Below, piece after piece: positions 1 to 5,118 of a DNA stretch of 5,118 nucleotides; within the stretch, counting starts at the first letter, position 1, and every line of letters starts with the position of its first letter. The notes below the pieces were generated by a model that saw only the letters and a program-made list of their open reading frames with translations, was not told the DNA's origin and did no database searches. The translations under genes were made by a program, and so were the position numbers. This DNA comes from a virus (Duplodnaviria > Heunggongvirae > Uroviricota > Caudoviricetes): IMG/VR virus record IMGVR_UViG_3300039366_000147, positions 1-5,118 of that record. The stretch is one strand, 5' to 3'.

Positions 1-644
1 GTATAGACACGAAAACCGCGCAGAAGGATAAGTTCGGCGCGGGTAAGAACGGTTTTACCCGTGGTAACCCCCAGACTGGCACGCCTGCCACCGATCTGGA
101 TGATGACTACTTTGATATGTTGCAGGAAGAACTCTGCAGCGTGGTGGAGGCATCCGGTGCCAGCCTGGAGAAGGCGCGGCACGACCAGTTGCTTACCGCG
201 CTTCGTGCGCTGCTGTTAAGCCGCAAGAATCCGTTTGGCGATATCAAATCGGATGGCACGGTGAAAACAGCTCTCGAAAACCTTGGTTTGGGAGAAGCGG
301 CGAAAAGGGATGTGGGTACAGGAGAAAATCAGATACCGGATATGTCAGCCTGGAAAAGAAATCCGAGTTCTAATCGCTGGAGAAAATTGCCTGATGGAAC
401 CATCATTCAAATGGGAATATCAGCATCAGGGCCATTAGGCTCACCTGTAAATATCACCCTGCCGATATCTTTCAGCAATACCAATTATTGTGTTGTTGCA
501 TCGTACGATAATGCACGGTCAGGTGTGTCAACAATGGTTAGTTTTGCAGCATTACCTGTTTCACCATCGCAATTTTCCCTGATGTCATCTGTGACTGAGC
601 AAGGAATAAATCCTTTTGCTTACTGGATTGCTTTTGGAGATTGA
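1..644 (+). CDS. Phage tail fibre protein, distal portion (5' end outside window; codons in phase from nt 3); the part after the crossover site is variable cassette 1
   Basis: Frame is open from the window edge to TGA at 642..644. It sits 3 nt upstream of a tail-fibre-assembly gene (GGAGA at 637..641, ATG at 648). The left crossover site lies in frame and encodes ENLGLGE. The gene-order logic is that of Mu S-U and e14 stf-tfa. Confidence 0.8.
   Translation, partial: IDTKTAQKDKFGAGKNGFTRGNPQTGTPATDLDDDYFDMLQEELCSVVEASGASLEKARHDQLLTALRALLLSRKNPFGDIKSDGTVKTALENLGLGEAAKRDVGTGENQIPDMSAWKRNPSSNRWRKLPDGTIIQMGISASGPLGSPVNITLPISFSNTNYCVVASYDNARSGVSTMVSFAALPVSPSQFSLMSSVTEQGINPFAYWIAFGD
271..296. repeat. 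Left crossover site of the invertible segment (gix/pix/hix-like, 26 bp)
   Basis: CTCTCGAAAACC-TT-GGTTTGGGAGAA. It matches the reverse complement of 2129..2154 at 21 of 26 positions, including a perfect 14-bp run (283..296 against 2129..2142). It has the AAACC-NN-GGTTT architecture I recall for Din-family sites. Confidence 0.7.
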
Positions 645-647
645 TAA

Positions 648-1067
648 ATGGACAGATACTTCTATTCACAAAAAGAAAATGGTTTTTTTACCGATTTAAA
701 TAAAGCACCTTCAGATGCTGTTGAGATAACCACGGATGAATGGCTATCACTACTGGATGGTCAGGATAATGGCATGAAAATAGTCAGCAATCAGGAGGGA
801 TATCCGGTTTTGACAGAGCAACCACCTTTATCAAAAGAAAACCTTATTGCATTGGCAGAGTTGAAAAAAGGAAAACTTATTAATGAAGCCAACGAGCACA
901 TGAACAGCAGGCAATGGCCTGGTAAAGCGGCTATTGGTCGTCTGAAAGGTGAGGAACTGGCGCAATATAATTTGTGGCTGGATTATCTGGACGCACTGGA
1001 GCTGGTCGATACTTCCAGTGCGCCAGATATTGAATGGCCTACGCCTCCGGCAGTTCAGGCCAGATGA
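648..1067 (+). CDS. Tail fibre assembly protein (Tfa/U-like chaperone)
   Basis: 139-aa ORF with the C-terminal motif DTSSAPDIEWP that I recognise from Tfa proteins. RBS GGAGA lies 6 nt upstream, directly coupled to the fibre gene. Confidence 0.8.
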   Translation: MDRYFYSQKENGFFTDLNKAPSDAVEITTDEWLSLLDGQDNGMKIVSNQEGYPVLTEQPPLSKENLIALAELKKGKLINEANEHMNSRQWPGKAAIGRLKGEELAQYNLWLDYLDALELVDTSSAPDIEWPTPPAVQAR

Positions 1068-1641
1068 TATCCGGCGCGGTGCTGGTATCTGTTACCGTCA
1101 CCGCGTCAATGTAATCCAGCACGGCGTTAAGTCGGGTTGTTTCTGCCTGCGTCAACTTCCGTCCGGCCTGCAATTTCAGTTGAATCAGACTAATGGAAGC
1201 CATTGCAGTATCAATCAGTGACTGACGTTGTGCTTCTGCCGCGTCTACTGCGGCGCTATGCTGTGCCTCGGTATCCGTCACCCATTTCTCACCATCCCAT
1301 TTATCGTATGGCGTTAACGGGGCGATAGTGGTTGTATTATCAGGGTAATCACCCGGAACTGTGATTTCTTTTGATTCTCCTGTTTCGGTGCTAAAGACGA
1401 TTTCACCGCGATGGTCTGGCACATATTCCCATGAGTTAAAATCTGCAGATCGGCAGATTGCATAACCAGCTTTGTATGCGCCTGGGGCATCTAAACAGGA
1501 ATATGCCGGAATGCCGACACCAATAGCAAGATATTCAGTTGAAGCTGAAATATATTCCCGACTCATGACATCAAAGTTATAAACAGTAATTTCTCCTGCC
1601 ATAGTGGCAATTAATTCACTGTTTAATTCTGCGTTATTCAT
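1039..1641 (-). CDS. Tail fibre assembly protein, second copy, for the alternative cassette
   Basis: 200-aa ORF ending in DTSTAPDIIWPELPEA, the same Tfa C-terminal motif. Its ATG (1641..1639) overlaps the stop of the upstream - strand fibre cassette by 1 nt. Its 3' end overlaps the + strand tfa by 29 nt. Confidence 0.8.
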   Translation of the reverse strand: MNNAELNSELIATMAGEITVYNFDVMSREYISASTEYLAIGVGIPAYSCLDAPGAYKAGYAICRSADFNSWEYVPDHRGEIVFSTETGESKEITVPGDYPDNTTTIAPLTPYDKWDGEKWVTDTEAQHSAAVDAAEAQRQSLIDTAMASISLIQLKLQAGRKLTQAETTRLNAVLDYIDAVTVTDTSTAPDIIWPELPEA

Positions 1642-2141
1642 TATGCAGCCCTCACGATATAGTTAAATGCAATATTCCGTGGACGGGTTTCATTTATCCC
1701 ATATGCTGTTGTTCTCTGATTCCCGACAAAATATCCATTTGGATTAGAAGATACAGAATAATCATCAAAATCAAGAGGGCTATCAGCACCCGGCGTCAGG
1801 CTTGCAATATATCCTCTTCCCATAACTTCTGATGCTGGTATTTCTTTTGTACGATAATCACTAACTCTGAAGAGCTGCCCTTGGTGGGTGTGTGATTCCA
1901 CTCCTCCATTCTGAAGACTTAGCAAGGCACGTACAGCATCAATACCACGCCCGTCATCCCAGCCACGAATAAACTCACCACGTAAATCAGGCAATTTATT
2001 TGTCGGATAAGCCTTTGCCAGTTCCGGGTATTCTTCAGCAGAAAAAGCGGCACCGTTGCATTCAGCCAGCCTGTTGGCGGAGTGGCTGAAGGCCACGGAA
2101 CAGGCACACCAACCGGTAATGCAGAGCCTTCTCCCAAACCA
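1641..2141 (-). pseudogene. Alternative tail-fibre distal cassette, promoterless, with an apparent -1 frameshift near 2060..2065
   Basis: Encodes a tail-collar-like motif (ECNGAAFSAEEYPELAKAYPTNKLPDLRGEFIRGWDDGRG) in the frame of the 189-aa ORF. The frame set by the crossover site is instead that of the 87-aa ORF (INVGLGEGSALPVGVPVPWPSATPPTGWL...), which stops at 1919. The two frames meet at TGGCTGAATGCAACGG. Confidence 0.6.
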
Positions 2142-2154
2142 ACGTTTATGAAAA
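2129..2154. repeat. Right crossover site of the invertible segment
   Basis: TTCTCCCAAACC-AA-CGTTTATGAAAA, about 55 bp upstream of the invertase ATG. It is the inverted partner of 271..296. Confidence 0.7.
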
Positions 2155-2208
2155 TGCAGAAATAACGAGCAAATGGCATCATTCCTGCTTTTGTCAGGGA
2201 GATCTACC

Positions 2209-2526
2209 ATGCTTATTGGCTATGTACGTGTGTCAACAAATGACCAGAACACAGATCTACAACGTAATGCGCTGAACTGTGCAGGATGCGAGCTGATTTT
2301 TGAAGACAAGATAAGCGGTACAAAGTCCGAAAGGCCGGGACTGAAAAAACTGCTCAGGACATTATCGGCAGGTGACACGCTGATTATCTGGAAACTGGAC
2401 TGGCTGGGATTATATAAAACCGCAGACACGTCGTATGCAAGAACGCGCTGCGGTTGGCTGGTAAAATTTTCGATAGTGCGAGTATTGAATGATTTCCAGC
2501 CGTTACAGATTTTACGTGCTAATTAG
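2209..2526 (+). pseudogene. Gin/Pin/Hin/Cin-family serine DNA invertase, truncated (family similarity ends at about codon 64)
   Basis: ATG at 2209 with GGGAGA RBS. The N-terminus MLIGYVRVSTNDQNTDLQRNAL...GDTLIIWKLD carries the catalytic-serine motif and closely matches my recollection of Pin/Gin. After WKLD (nt 2400) the frame continues 42 codons with unrelated sequence to TAG at 2524..2526. The resolvase core and helix-turn-helix are absent. Confidence 0.75.
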
Positions 2527-2732
2527 TGAACAAACCACTCGTCAGCAGACTCCCAGGTATCTTTCAGAGTCTCCTGCGGTGCGTGTAACAGAAAGCCCAT
2601 CATTGCTGGTGGCTTTTATGAGCACCTCCACATTGTCATAACGCTTACTGATGCGCCGAGTTAATTCTTTCTTTAACGCATCCACGGCACCGTTTGGCAT
2701 TTTTCTTTGGCTATGCAGATCTCAATGTACAT
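2523..2732 (-). pseudogene. DinI-family (SOS damage-inducible protein I-like) gene, apparently disrupted by two frame changes
   Basis: Three reading segments on the - strand resemble E. coli DinI as I recall it: [11 protein letters not shown], then in the -1 frame [42 protein letters not shown], then back in the first frame [15 protein letters not shown] followed by stop. The total length from ATG to TAA is 210 nt, which is in frame. Confidence 0.5.
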
Positions 2733-2737
2733 AAAAC

Positions 2738-2772
2738 CCCCTTGTTACTGTATGCGCACACAGTAACAAGGG
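2738..2772 (-). promoter_or_regulatory. Perfect 13-bp inverted repeat containing a CTGT-N8-ACAG LexA-box-like core (2748..2763); alternatively a hairpin terminator
   Basis: CCCTTGTTACTGT-(9 nt)-ACAGTAACAAGGG. It sits 5 nt upstream of the dinI-like ATG. On the - strand the stem is followed by GGTTTTAT. Confidence 0.4.
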
Positions 2773-2850
2773 AGCGTCTAAGTTGATCTTGCGGGTTGTA
2801 TAAGCTGGGATTTTTAATGGATTTTATCCTGATTATTTGGAGATAAAGTA

Positions 2851-2883
2851 CCTTAAAACCAGCATGAGAGACTGGTTTTAAGG
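2851..2883 (-). terminator. Perfect 12-bp stem, 9-nt loop hairpin downstream of the 437-aa ORF (possible terminator)
   Basis: CCTTAAAACCAG-CATGAGAGA-CTGGTTTTAAGG, about 85 nt 3' of the ORF stop on the - strand. The stem is AT-rich and there is no clean U-tract, so the assignment is weak. Confidence 0.3.
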
Positions 2884-2966
2884 AAAGAATTGAACCGATA
2901 ATGCTAAATGATATTGTAGTGCAACCTAGTTGGCTTGTTTATTTTTAATGATAAGTGAAAATAAAG

Positions 2967-4280
2967 CTAATCTATATCACTTAAAGTACCTTTAATTTCC
3001 CCTTGCTCAATATCCCCTAACCCAAGTTTACCTACTAATACATTACATTGCATGATGACTGAAACGGTCATATCTCGACCAGATACATCTTCCTCTTTAT
3101 AATGCTGTCCGCTTACATTTGCAGAAAGTTCAGCATAAAAACCATTATTAAAGTAGTATTGCTCAACAGTAATATCATCTATATTTTCAAAAATAGTGTC
3201 TGATTCTGCAATGGCACCTGAGACACCATCGCTATCAAAAGCATCAAATGGATTTTTTTCAAACTCCTCTCTGCATAACTCCGCAAGATGATCACCAGAA
3301 ATTAATTTAAATGGGATGTTGTCAAATAACATATCAAGATGATCAAAAATTAAATCTGCAGAAAAATCTTCATTGTCAGAGTTTTCTTCCAGCACTATTT
3401 GTTCAAGACGTTTGGCTAATTTGTCATCATAATAGACATATTTGACTTTGCTTAAAGTTTCATTATTGAAATTTTTGTCATCAAGAAGTTCATTAAAATC
3501 CGTATACCCAAAAAGTGAGGAGGCAATTAAACCTAATGTTTTAAGTGATACATGTATGTTGTCACTTCTGAGACTTTCATCTATTTTTAGCATGAGATAA
3601 TATGCAGATGGAAATCTATTGGATGCATGAACAGCTCTGGCTTTTGCACTATCGTTTTCAAATCTTATTTTTTCCAACTCTGCTTGTTTATTTTTTTTAT
3701 CTAGCTCAAGCTTTGATATTGATTCTTTGTTCTTTGCTGCTTGTGTTATAGCCTCTTGTTCTTCAGCTTTGCTTTTCGCTTCAATAGCCTTGACTTCCAG
3801 TCTCAAACTTCTTTGTCTTATATGTTCAAGTATTAATTTCCGTTTATCAATATCTTGCTGAACCAATTGTTCAAGAAATTGTTTGTTTGGATTAGTCCGT
3901 AATCTCTCTTTATTCAGTTCTTGTTGTTGCTTGATTTTTACTAATTCTATATCAATAGCCTGTTTATGTAGTTTCTTTTGAGATAAACTTTGTACTGTGT
4001 TAATAAAAAGAGAAAGCCATGGGAAAATAAATAAGTAAAAAGAGGCGGCAAGAAATGGGAAAACAAATAACTCATTCCACCCTAATATTGGCGTTCTTGA
4101 AATATACTCATAAAATAAGTTTATTCGCTCTGAAGTTTTTCCTTCACCCCAAAAAAGGAGAGATAGATGGTTCCAGTTACATATTAGCCATGAAAAAATA
4201 AAAGCGCCAACAAATGGATCGTTTATCTTGGTTTTAGCGTTTCCTGCTAACGAAGTAATTATATCATCTAAAAATTTCAT
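2967..4280 (-). CDS. Hypothetical protein, 437 aa: N-terminal membrane anchor, central coiled coil, acidic C-terminal domain; function unknown
   Basis: Longest ORF in the window, uninterrupted, in a visibly AT-rich block. GGTGA lies about 10 nt upstream of the ATG. Hydrophobic stretches at about residues 22-36 and 70-94, a K/E/Q-rich heptad-like region at about 100-210, and a D/E-rich C-terminal segment of about 220 aa. No family recognised. Confidence 0.75.
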   Translation of the reverse strand: MKFLDDIITSLAGNAKTKINDPFVGAFIFSWLICNWNHLSLLFWGEGKTSERINLFYEYISRTPILGWNELFVFPFLAASFYLFIFPWLSLFINTVQSLSQKKLHKQAIDIELVKIKQQQELNKERLRTNPNKQFLEQLVQQDIDKRKLILEHIRQRSLRLEVKAIEAKSKAEEQEAITQAAKNKESISKLELDKKNKQAELEKIRFENDSAKARAVHASNRFPSAYYLMLKIDESLRSDNIHVSLKTLGLIASSLFGYTDFNELLDDKNFNNETLSKVKYVYYDDKLAKRLEQIVLEENSDNEDFSADLIFDHLDMLFDNIPFKLISGDHLAELCREEFEKNPFDAFDSDGVSGAIAESDTIFENIDDITVEQYYFNNGFYAELSANVSGQHYKEEDVSGRDMTVSVIMQCNVLVGKLGLGDIEQGEIKGTLSDID

Positions 4281-4321
4281 TTTTTCAAAATCACCAATTG
4301 GTTATAATTAATATAATGGAT

Positions 4322-4349
4322 TGTGCAGTAAAATATAATTTACTGCACA
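4322..4349. promoter_or_regulatory. Perfect 11-bp inverted repeat with 6-bp AT spacer in the promoter region of the 437-aa ORF (candidate operator)
   Basis: TGTGCAGTAAA-ATATAA-TTTACTGCACA, 42-69 bp upstream of the ORF start codon. No adjacent T-tract on either strand, so it is not a terminator. Confidence 0.35.
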
Positions 4350-4992
4350 TCATTCTAGGTTTTTGCATAAAATGTTCAATTGTTTTCAAAGATAGCTCCT
4401 CAATTAATATATGACGACTTAAATATCACCATACTCTTGCTAATCATTGATTGCTTTTCAAGCGATAAACACCAAAAAATACCGTATAATATTCACTCAT
4501 TTTATCTGCGTAATCAACTCGGTCTGCAGCTGTTACACCTGAGCTTGTGAAACGTCAGAGTAATACGGTTTCTTTACGCATAGTATGCTGTTTATACAAT
4601 CTCCATGGGGAAGTTAATTGGTTATTAGGGGCACTTGTGTATAACGAACAACTAAAGATGACAAGCCATATGGTAAGTTGTATCCAGGCGGTTATTGAGA
4701 TGCTCTCTAATTATTAATGCAATGTCGACTTTGCGATATCTTCTTTCTTTGAGAATCGGGTTGCCGAATGCATGTGGTTGATCTTTGTGCTGTGTTTGTG
4801 TGGTGTATGATTTTTAATCGATTAATAATAAGAAATAATAGGGCTAAGATTGTTGTGTGTACAAATGGTTTTTGGTTACAAATACACCTACTGATCATGT
4901 TCTGCTATGCTCTGATACCTCCAAAATGTACAATCAGCGGCATGAATTTTTCTTTGTACATATGATTGTACATAATCAAAGAGACAACAATT

Positions 4993-5118
4993 ATGACAAG
5001 CCTTTTGGCCGCAGAGGTAGCGAAAAGAAGAACCTTTGCAATTATTTCTCACCCGGACGCCGGTAAGACTACCATCACCGAGAAGGTGCTGCTGTTCGGA
5101 CAGGCCATTCAGACCGCC
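4993..5118 (+). CDS. prfC: Peptide chain release factor 3 (RF3), N-terminal 42 codons; continues beyond the window
   Basis: Translation [42 protein letters not shown] contains the GTPase P-loop AGKT and matches the E. coli PrfC N-terminus apart from residues 3-8. AAAGAGA RBS lies 8 nt upstream. G+C rises sharply here. Confidence 0.9.
   Translation, partial: MTSLLAAEVAKRRTFAIISHPDAGKTTITEKVLLFGQAIQTA

Larger units (their letters stand above)
285..2140. other. Invertible DNA segment of about 1.86 kb (tail-fibre host-range switch, G/P/C-segment-like)
   Basis: Bounded by the inverted 26-bp sites. Contents are fibre cassette and tfa on +, then tfa and alternative fibre cassette on -, with an invertase gene immediately to the right. 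This is the canonical Mu G / e14 P layout. Confidence 0.7.

Noticed and set aside
6-31. Possible left crossover site (AAAACC-GC-GCAGAAGGATAA) at the window edge
   Set aside because: Only about 14 of 26 positions match, and its GC core is incompatible with the AA core of the right site. The site at 271..296 matches far better.
949-1221. 90-aa + strand ORF
   Set aside because: It overlaps the 3' end of tfa and lies antisense within the - strand tfa. It has odd composition and no RBS, so it is an out-of-frame artefact.
1919-2182. 87-aa - strand ORF as an independent gene
   Set aside because: It is not a separate gene. It is the reading frame imposed by the crossover site on the alternative fibre cassette, and is used as evidence for the frameshift finding.
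2173-2208. Upstream start (MASFLLLSGRST) for the invertase ORF
   Set aside because: Family proteins begin at MLIGYVRVST, and the RBS GGGAGA is correctly spaced for the ATG at 2209.
2100-2210. N-terminal extension of the 189-aa - strand ORF (MVDLPDKSRNDAICSLFLHF...)
   Set aside because: It crosses the right crossover site and the invertase promoter region and is not fibre-like. The cassette is promoterless and is expressed only by fusion after inversion.
2220-2429. 69-aa - strand ORF
   Set aside because: It lies antisense inside the conserved invertase N-terminal coding region and has low-complexity, serine-rich composition.
4707-5066. Three short ORFs (63 aa -, 65 aa +, 69 aa +)
   Set aside because: They overlap one another in an AT-rich intergenic region, lack RBSs and are Cys/His/Ile-rich. 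The 69-aa ORF overlaps the prfC start out of frame.
1-5118. CRISPR array, tRNA or rRNA genes, IS elements
   Set aside because: No regularly spaced direct repeats, no cloverleaf-like tRNA candidates, and no transposase-like ORF or terminal inverted repeats other than the recombination sites were seen.

Overview
The window reads as the decayed end of a prophage next to a core gene. Left to right: (1) a Din-type (Gin/Pin/Hin/Cin-like) invertible tail-fibre switch, with 26-bp inverted crossover sites at 271..296 and 2129..2154, a tail-fibre distal cassette plus tfa on the + strand, and an inverted tfa plus alternative fibre cassette on the - strand; (2) a serine invertase gene whose family similarity stops after about 64 codons; (3) a dinI-like gene that looks frameshifted, preceded by a perfect palindrome with LexA-box spacing; (4) a sharply AT-rich block carrying one 437-aa orphan ORF (membrane anchor, coiled coil, acidic C-terminal domain) with a palindromic candidate operator upstream; (5) the 5' end of prfC. 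The orphan ORF is the best candidate for an undescribed function, most plausibly phage defence or superinfection exclusion. All homology statements come from reading the translations against remembered family sequences; no database search was run.
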